DNA from: a virus | DNA length: 64,000 nt | Strand: one strand, 5' to 3' | Virus record (IMG/VR): IMGVR_UViG_3300022928_002150 | Location: 31,809 to 95,808 of that record | Shown here: positions 48,823-58,842 of the stretch, piece after piece | Numbering within the stretch: position 1 is the stretch's first letter | How the letters are laid out: every line of letters begins with the position of its first letter | Position numbers and translations under genes: made by a program | The notes under the pieces: generated by a model | Databases searched by the model: none | What the model saw: only the letters and a program-made list of their open reading frames with translations | Told to the model about the DNA's origin: nothing

Positions 48823-49189
48823 TTTCGAGCTTGTAGGAGACTTTATGCAAATCTTCGGGCAAGACGTGAAGGATGTTCCAGATTTTCCAGATCTTAAAAC
48901 ACAGGAACTTCGATACGATTTAATTTCCGAAGAGTTAGCAGAGCTTAGAGAGGCTATGGATGCCGATGATATTGTAGAAGTTGCTGACGCTTTAACAGAT
49001 ATCCTATATGTAGTATACGGGGCGGGACACGCCTACGGAATTGATTTAGATTGCTGTTTTGCTGAAGTACACGCCAGCAATATGAGTAAGCTAGGAGAAG
49101 ACGGTAAGCCTATATATAGAGACGATGGAAAAGTTCTAAAAGGCCCTAAATATTTTGAACCAAATCTAGAATATGTACTGGATTTCTAA
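48806..49189 (+). CDS. PRA-PH/MazG-superfamily NTP pyrophosphohydrolase
   Basis: LI.EEL.E, EVADALTDILYV.YG, VH.SNMSK, DGKVLKG. Confidence 0.85.
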   Translation: MSNGTNFELVGDFMQIFGQDVKDVPDFPDLKTQELRYDLISEELAELREAMDADDIVEVADALTDILYVVYGAGHAYGIDLDCCFAEVHASNMSKLGEDGKPIYRDDGKVLKGPKYFEPNLEYVLDF

Positions 49190-49232
49190 ACTATCTCCCC
49201 CTAAAAAATAACCACCTTTCAAAAAATAGTTC

Positions 49233-49261
49233 TTGACATAGTAGGTGCAACTTGCTATAAT
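49233..49261 (+). promoter_or_regulatory. Consensus sigma70 promoter for accessory structural operon
   Basis: TTGACA-17-TATAAT preceded by AAAAAATAGTTC. Confidence 0.9.
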
Positions 49262-49317
49262 TTGTACTAAATGTTTTACTAGGCCAAAAATAATTGGCCA
49301 GGAACCTTGAGCCTACT

Positions 49318-49674
49318 ATGTCATTTACAGCCAAAGACTTAAACCCTCTAGTACGTGGAGACGACTGGACTATTAAACTAGTCGTTAGCTCTGATGGGGC
49401 TATTACGAATGTAACAAACTACACGTACACTCTTACTTTAAAAAGTAATGTTGACGATCCGGACCCCGGAGATTTACAAGTATCCGTCGTTCCTACAGGC
49501 CCTGATGCTTTATTGGGTGTTGTCTACCTAAACGCTCCGAAAGCTCTTACTACAGTTCTTGAGGCTCGAACCTATAACTACGACATCCAACAAGTTGACG
49601 ATTCAGGAAATGTCCAAACTCTTTTAATAGGAAAAGTAAAAGTAGTAAAGGACATTACTAGAACTGTAATCTAA
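49318..49674 (+). CDS. BppU N-terminal-like adaptor protein
   Basis: RGDD.......D.T...T....Y.YDIQ.......TL..G...V..DIT. Confidence 0.6.
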   Translation: MSFTAKDLNPLVRGDDWTIKLVVSSDGAITNVTNYTYTLTLKSNVDDPDPGDLQVSVVPTGPDALLGVVYLNAPKALTTVLEARTYNYDIQQVDDSGNVQTLLIGKVKVVKDITRTVI

Positions 49675-51344
49675 TGGCATTTGGTAGTAGGTCTGTATCA
49701 TTCAACTCTTTAGATTCTACTGGTTGGGACGAATACTCTCCAGGGGGAGGAAACGCTCCGATTGCCACAAATAATGCTGATGGATATGAGCTTGAAGGAA
49801 CAGGCTGTGGGGAGTTTCGTATTGATAGTGAAACTAATACAATTAAAGGTTGGAGTCAAAATCCTGCTTCTTCTGTAGACCTTTCTTCTAGTGGAAGTGC
49901 TGCGATTTATTGGTTTAATACCTCTGTAGGCGCTACGCTTACCGACTATGACTTTTTAATGTATGATGGTACTACAGATGGTTTGGTTAATATTGGAGCA
50001 GGCTTTTACCCTGGAAGTGGCGGTTATGTTCCTATCTGGTGTGATGCGAATCAGCTATCAGCAACTATTACTCTTTCGGCGGTTACTACATTAGGTTTTA
50101 GAATTAATAATGGAAACGCAGGATCAGGAAATAAAGTAAACAGTTTTGTAGACTCTTCTTGGTATTTTCAAGGAAGTCAAGTATCTCCATTTTATTTAGA
50201 TGGCACAACAAATAATACACTATCATTTATACGTACTACTGAAACAGCTAAGACAGGAGGCTTTAAAGGGCTTCTTACTTCAGGCGGCGGCGTTGACTTT
50301 TTCTATGCCCGCCTTACGATAGGGGAGGGAGCTACCGCAGGAACAGCAGTTGCTACTACATTTAATGAAAGTGATAGCACCCTTATCTTTGTTGATCAAG
50401 CCGGAATTACCTCAACGTGGTTGGGGTGGAGCGTTAATTTAAATAACGCTAGCACTAGCTTTAGTTTATCTAACTCTAACTTTCAATCTTCTAGTGTAGC
50501 TAGTGCAACTAATCGTCCTGATTTAGTTTTTTCTGGGACTACCGGAACAGCAACTATAACGGACTGTGCTATTTTAGGCTTAAGAGAGCTTACTCTTACC
50601 TCTGCCTGTACCATAGATGGAGGAACGATAGACGGTTTATCTGTAACACAAGGCTCTGCTGAAATTAAAAATTCAGAAATACGTGCAAGAACTGCTGCTG
50701 GCGTAGCTTTAATCGACGACGGTAGTTTTAGTACGGGAGGCATACATGACTGTCTTTTTATACAAAAAGGATCGGGACATGCTATAGAGCTAACAAGTGC
50801 TACGTATACAACTACGTCCTCTATAGACTTTGAAAATATAGTTTTTGATTCCACTGAATCATTTGGGGCAGACGGCACAACTTCGGCTGCTGTACATAAC
50901 TCTAGTGGACAGGCAATAACAATTAATGCTAATGGTGCTAGTACAATTCCTACTATTAGAAATACCAATGGATCTACTACTACTGTTGTACAGACTAAAA
51001 CTTTAAGTATATCCAATATTGAAGAAGATACTGAATTAAGAATATACTCGTATACGGATGTTAATGATCCTACTACATATACGGAGCTTGTCGGAGCAGA
51101 AAATATAGCAACCAGCCCTACAAGTAGCACATTCACAACTGTTGTAGCTGATACAGTTAATACCGGTAATTTTGTTGCCACTTTTTTATACGATGTATCA
51201 GGGGGAGCTATACCCATAGTTTTAGTAGCACACAATTTAAATTTTGAATTCTTTAGAATTCAAGAAACTTTAAGTGGTACTGAGAACACAAGCATATCCC
51301 TCTTTCAGAGTTCTGATAGACAATATGACAGTGGCTCAGTTTAA
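49674..51344 (+). CDS. Putative virion fibre protein (beta-rich)
   Basis: 556 aa S/T/G-rich, no signal peptide. Confidence 0.5.
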   Translation: MAFGSRSVSFNSLDSTGWDEYSPGGGNAPIATNNADGYELEGTGCGEFRIDSETNTIKGWSQNPASSVDLSSSGSAAIYWFNTSVGATLTDYDFLMYDGTTDGLVNIGAGFYPGSGGYVPIWCDANQLSATITLSAVTTLGFRINNGNAGSGNKVNSFVDSSWYFQGSQVSPFYLDGTTNNTLSFIRTTETAKTGGFKGLLTSGGGVDFFYARLTIGEGATAGTAVATTFNESDSTLIFVDQAGITSTWLGWSVNLNNASTSFSLSNSNFQSSSVASATNRPDLVFSGTTGTATITDCAILGLRELTLTSACTIDGGTIDGLSVTQGSAEIKNSEIRARTAAGVALIDDGSFSTGGIHDCLFIQKGSGHAIELTSATYTTTSSIDFENIVFDSTESFGADGTTSAAVHNSSGQAITINANGASTIPTIRNTNGSTTTVVQTKTLSISNIEEDTELRIYSYTDVNDPTTYTELVGAENIATSPTSSTFTTVVADTVNTGNFVATFLYDVSGGAIPIVLVAHNLNFEFFRIQETLSGTENTSISLFQSSDRQYDSGSV

Positions 51345-51422
51345 CACTTAAATTTATATAATACCTTTAGGTATTTACTATATGCCCAGAAATTGGGCAA
51401 AGCTAATTAGGGGAAAAACTAA

Positions 51423-53624
51423 ATGGCTAATTTTTTTCAAAACGCAAATGTGCAAAAAGACCCAGATGCGTTAAGTGTTCACGTGCCTTCGGTCAACACA
51501 CCCATCGCTAGTAGCATTGATGGTGATGTGATTAATGGACAGACGGAAGTTAACTATGATAATACCGGTAATAACGGTACTTTCAGCGCCGGCTCGCTTC
51601 ATGCAGTCGACGACGAAATTACTTTAAGTGATGGTAGTAAGGTTCGAGTAGATGCAGTGTCAACTGGTGCAGTTACAGAATTTACTGTAATTTTGGTTGG
51701 TGGAAGCTCTACTGCTGCTGCTGCTACGCTTACGCAAAGCAGCACTACAGGTAGTGGAACTGGCTTTGATCTGACTACTGGTACAGCTAACATTTCGACT
51801 CCTGTTACCGCCGACGAAGTTATTATCGACTGGGGTCTTAAAAAGATCGCTTTGGTAGTTCAAGGCAACCTTTCAGACGATGGAGCATCTCTTAAAGCTG
51901 TATACTCCGCATTGAAAGATGCTTGGCGAGACGATACGTTACTTATCAAATTCCCTTTCCCAATGGGTCCAATTACGGATGAGCAGTTTGAGATGATCAA
52001 CGGCTGGAACTGGGATAAAGTTGAGGTTTCTGGAACAGTATCTGCTACTACCGTAGAATTGATTCGTGATGGTGGTTGGTCTGTAAAAGATACTTCAAAC
52101 GTTGTTCAAGAAGAGTGGTCAAGTGTTATCTCTCTGGGACTCTTGGGTAATACTGACCAAGTTTACTACCAGCAGATTCAGGATGAAACTTCAACAACGA
52201 ATACCTCTAACTTTAAGCAGTTTGGTGCAGTTAACCAAGCAGTTCAAATGTTCGACAACGGTGTTTTCAACTACAAAGACCAAACAGGCTCTACTAACGT
52301 CTTTAAGTTGTTTGTTAGAGAGTGGCAATCTACTTATGGAACATCTAAGTTCTCAGATATTGGTGTTGACTCGGTAACTTTCCAAGCTTATCGATTCCCG
52401 CTCACCACTTCTGTAGACTTGAAGGTTCCTCATTTAGAAGGCTTTGTTGCTGGTGGTGTTTCTGTTACTGCTTCTTCAGATGGAACAATTCACACCTATA
52501 CGACTCCTTCGGCTCACGGTCTAGCAATTGGTGAGAAGCTTACTATTACTGGTTTTACTACTGAAACTGATTTTAATGAGACTAACCTAGCTATTCTTTC
52601 GGTCCCAAGTGATACCACATTCACTATGACTCCTACTGCTGTTACGACCAATGGTACCACTGATACTGGCGGTAGTGCAGTTCGTCCTTCTTATGATCTT
52701 ACAACTATTACGTATCTTCGAGATGCAAACAGTGATATTGTAACCAATGATAATATCAAAGGTGCTTGGAGCTTCTCCACAGCAGGTGATTATGCAATTG
52801 GTGATGTAGTAAGTGATTCTGGAGAGTGGTATATCAATAAGACTGGTACTAATACTGCTACTGCACCTGGATCTGATGCTACTAACTATGACGTATTTGA
52901 TGGTTCTAGAGAAATTGCAGGGGTTAATTATCCGTTTACTGTTATTATTGATGGCGACACAAATACTGCAGGTGAAGGTTCTGGCGGTGTCAATAGTACT
53001 ATTGATATCTATGAAAAAGTTCAGTACTCACTACGATTAGTAAGTGATATCGATGCAAGTGCTGGTACTGTTGTAGGTAATACTGCAGACAGTTTACTGC
53101 GATTTATTGGTGATACTTTGGTAACTTCTCAAGGTGTTTACATTGATTCGTTCACTGAAGCAGATACTAACAGTATTGAATTCACGGATGCACAGAACAA
53201 TACTCGTGTATTTAACTTCTTGGCTACGCTTACTCTCAACTTTGGTGATACTTTGCAGGATGACGAGTTTGCTAAGTTCTTCGTATTCTTCGAGAACGAC
53301 TTAGCTGCTACTGCTCCCACTGGAAAAGATTACAACACTCCAAACGCTGTAATCGCAAAAGACAAAGATGACACAGACATGTCAGGGGCAGTAAACCCTT
53401 CATGGCCTACTAAGAGAGAGTCTGTTACTTTCTCATATGACTTTGATGGTAATGTCCAACGAGGTGCTGGTTCAGCAGGTACTCCTGCACCAGTTATCGT
53501 TGTAGCCCTAGGACTAGAAGAGGCACAATATGTATCCTCTCCTGGTACGATTAACCGCTCTAAATCGAACGTTGTTTCGCTAATTGCGGCACTGGAACGT
53601 AACTACGATACAGGTACTGTATAA
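51423..53624 (+). CDS. Putative major subunit of accessory virion fibre/filament
   Basis: 733 aa, strongly T-ending codon bias (GGT/ACT/GTT), own terminator, CBM-like W...Y.IGD.V...G.WY insert. Confidence 0.5.
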   Translation: MANFFQNANVQKDPDALSVHVPSVNTPIASSIDGDVINGQTEVNYDNTGNNGTFSAGSLHAVDDEITLSDGSKVRVDAVSTGAVTEFTVILVGGSSTAAAATLTQSSTTGSGTGFDLTTGTANISTPVTADEVIIDWGLKKIALVVQGNLSDDGASLKAVYSALKDAWRDDTLLIKFPFPMGPITDEQFEMINGWNWDKVEVSGTVSATTVELIRDGGWSVKDTSNVVQEEWSSVISLGLLGNTDQVYYQQIQDETSTTNTSNFKQFGAVNQAVQMFDNGVFNYKDQTGSTNVFKLFVREWQSTYGTSKFSDIGVDSVTFQAYRFPLTTSVDLKVPHLEGFVAGGVSVTASSDGTIHTYTTPSAHGLAIGEKLTITGFTTETDFNETNLAILSVPSDTTFTMTPTAVTTNGTTDTGGSAVRPSYDLTTITYLRDANSDIVTNDNIKGAWSFSTAGDYAIGDVVSDSGEWYINKTGTNTATAPGSDATNYDVFDGSREIAGVNYPFTVIIDGDTNTAGEGSGGVNSTIDIYEKVQYSLRLVSDIDASAGTVVGNTADSLLRFIGDTLVTSQGVYIDSFTEADTNSIEFTDAQNNTRVFNFLATLTLNFGDTLQDDEFAKFFVFFENDLAATAPTGKDYNTPNAVIAKDKDDTDMSGAVNPSWPTKRESVTFSYDFDGNVQRGAGSAGTPAPVIVVALGLEEAQYVSSPGTINRSKSNVVSLIAALERNYDTGTV

Positions 53625-53642
53625 TAGGCTACGCATTAATAC

Positions 53643-53671
53643 AGGGGGAGACTTCGGTCTCTCCCTATTTT
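53643..53671 (+). terminator. Terminator with cUUCGg loop
   Basis: AGGGGGAGAC-TTCG-GTCTCTCCCT-ATTTT. Confidence 0.9.
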
Positions 53672-53698
53672 AAGTTATAATAAGGAAATAATTAAACT

Positions 53699-54280
53699 AT
53701 GTTTTCAAGAAAAAAAGTAAGACATACTGCATACACTATGAAAGGCGGAGTCACTCAGCATACACCTGAAATTAATAGTATTATTGCTGAAATTGAAAAA
53801 GTAATGGAGCCGGGCGATAAATGGGAGGAGTTCTCCTTAGAATGGGATTTATTTGTTACTCCTAATAATATCGTAAGAGTTACCCCAGAAACAGACAGGA
53901 CATTTATTCACTCTACATTAATTGAGATTAAAACTAAAGTGGAAATGGGCCTTGAAATTGAAAAAATTCTAGAGGGGCTTCCCGCAAGAAAAAGAAACGT
54001 ATATCAAATGGTTGATCTAAATTACTTAGGAGATACGATAGACTGGGAGAAATACCAGACAGGCTGGGATATAGAAATTAACTATGCTAGCAGACGTCTT
54101 GAAGTAATAAGTTTAGCCACTAAAATTAACAAACCAGTAATTCCGGTCCCTGTCTCGGAACCAGAATTAAAACCTTTAGCAGAAGCAACCAAACAAGAAT
54201 TCGATATGAAACCTTTAGACGAGTTTGATGATGATTTTAAATCAAAAATTATGGCGCTGCTTAGCAAAGAAAATAAATAA
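53699..54280 (+). CDS. Hypothetical soluble protein (possible chaperone)
   Basis: Charged composition; internal duplication WEEFSLEWDL / WEKYQTGWDI. Confidence 0.55.
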   Translation: MFSRKKVRHTAYTMKGGVTQHTPEINSIIAEIEKVMEPGDKWEEFSLEWDLFVTPNNIVRVTPETDRTFIHSTLIEIKTKVEMGLEIEKILEGLPARKRNVYQMVDLNYLGDTIDWEKYQTGWDIEINYASRRLEVISLATKINKPVIPVPVSEPELKPLAEATKQEFDMKPLDEFDDDFKSKIMALLSKENK

Positions 54281-54291
54281 GGAGTTAAGTA

Positions 54292-56634
54292 ATGGCAGGC
54301 GAACGAAAATATACTCGTATACCTCCGGAAAGCACGGGTGATCGTGTATACATGATTCACACTGCCGAACTAAGGTATGATAACAAAGACGTAAACCACT
54401 TGTGGGATGTTGGAGCAATCTATTATCTTACTGGAGCCGTTTTTGATTCAAACTCAGATTTTACTGTACATATACACGGAGTGCAGGAAGAATCAACTAC
54501 TGCTGGGGTACTGTCTGTTCATTACCAGGCTTTAGCTCGACACAATGGGTTTTCTCCAGAGGATGATCAAGAGATAAGAGTGGGCGGAATTGATGGACAA
54601 ATCGTAGCATATGTTAACGGCCCCGCCGAAGACATCTATATCCCCGCACAAAATATTATGAGTTTTGATAATCCTGAGTATGGACTAAATGTTGATAGAT
54701 TTGGTTCGGCAAACATGCGGTTTGCTGAAGGGCCTGCTCAAGTTAGTGCTTTTGGGGGACTAAGAACTACAGAATCTACTTTGCTTGGGCAATATAATTT
54801 TGATAAGAGTATTCTTCCCAGCGATTTTGCAAATACTCTTATAGGAAGTGGAACAATTGCTCACGACCCTGATTGGGGATATGTTGTAGAATCTGTAGGT
54901 GTAGAAACCGGTGCTTTAACTACTCAAACTACTAATCTTTATCATCCCTCAATTCCTGGTGCTTCCAATCTTTTTGTGATTGGAAATAAACTAGGGGATA
55001 TTGGAACCCCTGGTCTTGTAAGAAACTGGGGATGCTTCGATGCTTCTCAAGGTTTTATGTTTAGATTAAACGGAACTACATTGCAAGTAGTCCATAGAAG
55101 AACCTTCTCTGTAGGAGCTTACAACGATGCAGCTGATGGATCTGAGGATGGGAAGTCCGAAGGTGTAGTACCTCAGTCTTCTTGGAATAGAGATAAACTC
55201 GATGGAACCGGTGGTTCTGGTATGGCTCTTGACCTTACAAAAGCAAATAGTTATTTTATTGATTATCAAAACATCGGTGGTGGAACTATTCGCTGGGGTG
55301 TTTATCATGAAGGGGAACGTATCGTATGCCATGAAATGGACATGGGCAACGGCGGCCCTCTAGGTATCTGGGTAAGTAATGCTATTAGACTTCCTAGTCG
55401 TCCTATCTGTTGGTCTATGAAAAGAATTGATGGAGGACAGGGAGATGTTCAGACTAGATATCAATACCCTCTCGGAGCAGCAGCTTTTATTGAGGGTGTA
55501 AATGTAGATGTAATGGCAGAAGCAGATGTTCGAGGCTATGACGGACAATTTGATGTTGACGTAAATGCTCCTAGAACTCAAGGAGCCTACTATTTAGTAT
55601 CCCTTCGACCTAAGCTCGACATTTTATCTTCTGATGGAGTTACTCTTATTTCAAATCATAGTCTTTACACGCCAACTAATCTGTCTATTTCTGCAAGAGA
55701 TTCTGTTACTGCGACTAAACTTCCTGGTGAACTTCGCATATTCTCCCGATGCTTGTTAAAAAATGAAAATTGGGTAGATATACCCTCCACGAACCTACAA
55801 CAAGATAGGGATGCCTTTCATGAGGGGCATGGTCCAGAAATTTTTAGAAAGGGTTTTGACGGTTTTGGAGAGATTGATTGGACAAACATTTTTAAGACTA
55901 TTCAGAGCGGTTCGTTAAAACCAAATGCAGAAAAAAATACCGCAAAAACCAAACAAGCTATTGCGGAAGTATCAGATAGAAATGGTTTTGTTTACATAAC
56001 TGTAGGGATTGATTCGAAGACTGGAGCCTCTACTCATTTATTTGAAGACGGTACTAGTTTAACTATTGCGGGACTCACTACAGATGGGCCTGCAAATTTA
56101 AATAATGTTTCGTATCTTTTGGGGATTGAATCAAGCGATGATGCTTATTTATATGCAAGTCAATCAGACTATGACGACGATAGAACCTGCAGAGTAATTA
56201 CTTATAGTGGATTAACTGGAACTTTAAATATCGGGGACACTATTACTTTAGGTGCTGATACCTGTGACATTCAAAAATTTGACGGAACGCAAATTAAAGT
56301 TCGCAAGAGAAGTGCAGATATTGATGCCTATACAGGTGTAGCTACTACAGACGCTGGCGCAACGTTTAATGTAGATTCAATAGGCCTTGCAAATACTACA
56401 GCCGATGATGATGATATCGACTATCTCTGGCCGAAGGATCATTTTACAGTGCTTAAAGCTGTTACTAATGCTGGTTGGGCAAATACTTCTCAGGTTGGGG
56501 GAGACGGAACATTAGAAGGCAATCCTCCAAAAGCTCCTGTATGGACTTTTATGTGGGCACCCTTTATAACCCCTACGGGCGCAGAAGTGCATAAGGTTAA
56601 TATGAATATGAACTGGAAAGAAAGGCTGCAATAA
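54292..56634 (+). CDS. Putative fibre tip/lectin-like structural protein
   Basis: 780 aa; WG.FD...G..F, WN.DKLDGTG.SG..LD motifs. Confidence 0.5.
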   Translation: MAGERKYTRIPPESTGDRVYMIHTAELRYDNKDVNHLWDVGAIYYLTGAVFDSNSDFTVHIHGVQEESTTAGVLSVHYQALARHNGFSPEDDQEIRVGGIDGQIVAYVNGPAEDIYIPAQNIMSFDNPEYGLNVDRFGSANMRFAEGPAQVSAFGGLRTTESTLLGQYNFDKSILPSDFANTLIGSGTIAHDPDWGYVVESVGVETGALTTQTTNLYHPSIPGASNLFVIGNKLGDIGTPGLVRNWGCFDASQGFMFRLNGTTLQVVHRRTFSVGAYNDAADGSEDGKSEGVVPQSSWNRDKLDGTGGSGMALDLTKANSYFIDYQNIGGGTIRWGVYHEGERIVCHEMDMGNGGPLGIWVSNAIRLPSRPICWSMKRIDGGQGDVQTRYQYPLGAAAFIEGVNVDVMAEADVRGYDGQFDVDVNAPRTQGAYYLVSLRPKLDILSSDGVTLISNHSLYTPTNLSISARDSVTATKLPGELRIFSRCLLKNENWVDIPSTNLQQDRDAFHEGHGPEIFRKGFDGFGEIDWTNIFKTIQSGSLKPNAEKNTAKTKQAIAEVSDRNGFVYITVGIDSKTGASTHLFEDGTSLTIAGLTTDGPANLNNVSYLLGIESSDDAYLYASQSDYDDDRTCRVITYSGLTGTLNIGDTITLGADTCDIQKFDGTQIKVRKRSADIDAYTGVATTDAGATFNVDSIGLANTTADDDDIDYLWPKDHFTVLKAVTNAGWANTSQVGGDGTLEGNPPKAPVWTFMWAPFITPTGAEVHKVNMNMNWKERLQ

Positions 56635-57254
56635 TGCCAAATATTGTTTTCAATTACGGAGAATGGACTTACTGGGCTCCTCGGAACTTGCCAGAGTACC
56701 CAGGGGCTATGAAAGTTACGTTTGATGGTATTAACAGGCTTATTCTTGTGAATAAGGGCGAAACCTCAATTAACGTAAAAACAGATATCTATGGTAATTG
56801 GAAAGAGTGGGTGCTGCAGAGAAAAAACGCAGAATGGTACAAAGCTATCAATACCACTGGAGGAGACCCTATTACTGCAGATACACTGCTAGGCGATTCG
56901 TACTTTCTTGAGAACGGATGGAGAATACAGCCGTGGATTCCTGCTGATGAAAACTTAAATGGATATGTACTTGATATGGTAGGTAATATCTATACTCGAG
57001 AGGCAGGAGGTAATCCTGTAAACCCCGTGGGAGGTGTCACAATTTCTCTTACGCGATCCTCTCTTCCAACTGTTTCTATTGCGGGAGGTAATGCTACCGA
57101 AATACGACTTCGTGAGATTTGGACACATCTTGGTCTTGATGTAAACAATCCGCAAGTTATCAGAGATGAGAGTATTACTACTGGAGACGAGATTAAGATG
57201 AATATTACTAATCCTACTGATAAGATAACCCTGGTGTCACGAGACCCAGAATGA
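56634..57254 (+). CDS. Putative structural protein sharing a domain with 51423-53624
   Basis: IY..WKEW...PIT...FL.NGW. Confidence 0.55.
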   Translation: MPNIVFNYGEWTYWAPRNLPEYPGAMKVTFDGINRLILVNKGETSINVKTDIYGNWKEWVLQRKNAEWYKAINTTGGDPITADTLLGDSYFLENGWRIQPWIPADENLNGYVLDMVGNIYTREAGGNPVNPVGGVTISLTRSSLPTVSIAGGNATEIRLREIWTHLGLDVNNPQVIRDESITTGDEIKMNITNPTDKITLVSRDPE

Positions 57255-57559
57255 CTACTTCAGTAGGAATAGGAAGAAGGATTGCGCTTGCTACGAGAGG
57301 GCATAGAGGGGGTGTTTTTGATAGATATCATGTCGATCAGGTAATATCTATTCTTGACCCCCTTTATACTGCGACGGTTACTGCCGATCCTTCTAATCTT
57401 GAAGCAGCAATTACTGTTCGTAGTGATAACACTACATTTAATATAGATTCTATTCTTGTTGGGGAGTACGCAGTAGTAGCAACCACTCCTCAATATAAGG
57501 TAGAGCTGACATACATTTCAGAGGATAGTACTATTACTATACTGGATGGTGTTCCCTAA
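57251..57559 (+). CDS. Hypothetical protein
   Basis: Coupled last gene of operon. Confidence 0.55.
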   Translation: MTTSVGIGRRIALATRGHRGGVFDRYHVDQVISILDPLYTATVTADPSNLEAAITVRSDNTTFNIDSILVGEYAVVATTPQYKVELTYISEDSTITILDGVP

Positions 57560-57921
57560 TACCTCTCAAAATCGTTGCCTACTATAAAAAGCCAAGGCAC
57601 AGCCACTAAACCTGCCATAAGAATACATCCAAGAGCAAACTCAGTTCCTGTGTAGTGTCCAATAATACCAGGTGCAGATATGCAGACATAGAAAGTCCAC
57701 AAGAACCATACTAGCCACTTCATGAAAAAGCCTTGTGTACTAATAGTAAACCAAAAATACCTAGAAAATACCCTGTAATCACACCTTTCCAAAACATTGT
57801 TTGTAACTGTTGTTTATAGTCCATTATTTATTATCCCAAAGAAAATTGATATTGATAGGGTAAGATTTACCGCTGTAAAAATAATTAAGTTTCTGTTTAT
57901 TCTTTTTTCTATTTCAACCAT
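57556..57921 (-). CDS. Three coupled tiny membrane ORFs (57921-57814, 57824-57720, 57723-57556)
   Basis: Each has a TM segment and overlapping stop/start. Confidence 0.5.
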
Positions 57922-57922
57922 G

Positions 57923-58105
57923 TCAATCATCTATTAGATTTCCTTCTTCGTCATAAAAACTGCTTTGGTGATTTTTTCTGAATTCTTCGTAACACTCTGT
58001 TAATTGACTTCCGTTAAGGTAGAGAAGTAACTCTTGAAATACATATCTCTGACCATATTCTTCTGATAACTTCATAAACTTATACCGAAGCTCTCTTGCA
58101 TCCAT
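57923..58105 (-). CDS. Hypothetical protein
   Basis: ORF in tightly packed - strand block. Confidence 0.55.
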   Translation of the reverse strand: MDARELRYKFMKLSEEYGQRYVFQELLLYLNGSQLTECYEEFRKNHQSSFYDEEGNLIDD

Positions 58106-58109
58106 ATTT

Positions 58110-58370
58110 TTAAATTCCTGTCTTTAGATCGACAAGTTCTCCTTTTAACTCTTCTGCAAAAACTTGTGCGATCATAGGGTGATGAAAGTAAAAAGTATCT
58201 TGGTAGACATCTGTATATACACTCATGTGGTAATTATAACACTCTAGCAGCTCTTTTGCTACTAGGTTTTTACACCAGGCTTTTGCCTGCCCTCTTCTGT
58301 CACTATGAATTTGAACAGCGTATCCAGGCATCCACGACCTTTTATGATCTGTAATTTCAAGAGGCTTCAT
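58110..58370 (-). CDS. Hypothetical protein
   Basis: YTDVYQDTFYF motif. Confidence 0.6.
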   Translation of the reverse strand: MKPLEITDHKRSWMPGYAVQIHSDRRGQAKAWCKNLVAKELLECYNYHMSVYTDVYQDTFYFHHPMIAQVFAEELKGELVDLKTGI

Positions 58371-58528
58371 GCTGAAGATGCACGTAGTTCAGTAATTCTT
58401 GAAAGAGCTTCCCCAAGTGTGAGGAACACTTCTTTATGGTGTGAGTAGTCTCCAACTTCATTGCGATACTCAATATATACTCCGTTATCACAAAATACAA
58501 CTTCTACTTGCGTTAGTTTCATTTCCAT
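58367..58528 (-). CDS. 53-aa hypothetical protein (not in ORF track)
   Basis: MEMKLTQVEVVFCDNG..., AAGGA RBS, ATGA overlap with next gene. Confidence 0.55.
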   Translation of the reverse strand: MEMKLTQVEVVFCDNGVYIEYRNEVGDYSHHKEVFLTLGEALSRITELRASSA

Positions 58529-58539
58529 TTTTCTTTTCC

Positions 58540-58842
58540 TTATATTTTAAACCATTCGGGCAGCGTGCCACTTGGAGCAAGATTTACATAACCGTCAGGG
58601 CTTATCGGAAGCTCTCTCCAGCCTTTTATAGTATCCCTTCTTACATCTCTCCACGCTTTTTTATCAAGGGACCACATTACAAATACGTTTGAAAGGGGAT
58701 CCTGTTTTCCAATAGAGAACCCAGTAATTTTATCCCAGGTTGTACAAGGCATCTCACGGATACCCTGTCCAAATCCAGGAAGTTTTTCAAAACTTAATAA
58801 AATTACTCCATGGTCGAGTTTTGAAAGCATTTCTTTGTACAT
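58540..58842 (-). CDS. WYL-like/SH3 beta-barrel protein
   Basis: L..G...L.F.K......REM.CT...W.LDKKAWR. Confidence 0.6.
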   Translation of the reverse strand: MYKEMLSKLDHGVILLSFEKLPGFGQGIREMPCTTWDKITGFSIGKQDPLSNVFVMWSLDKKAWRDVRRDTIKGWRELPISPDGYVNLAPSGTLPEWFKI

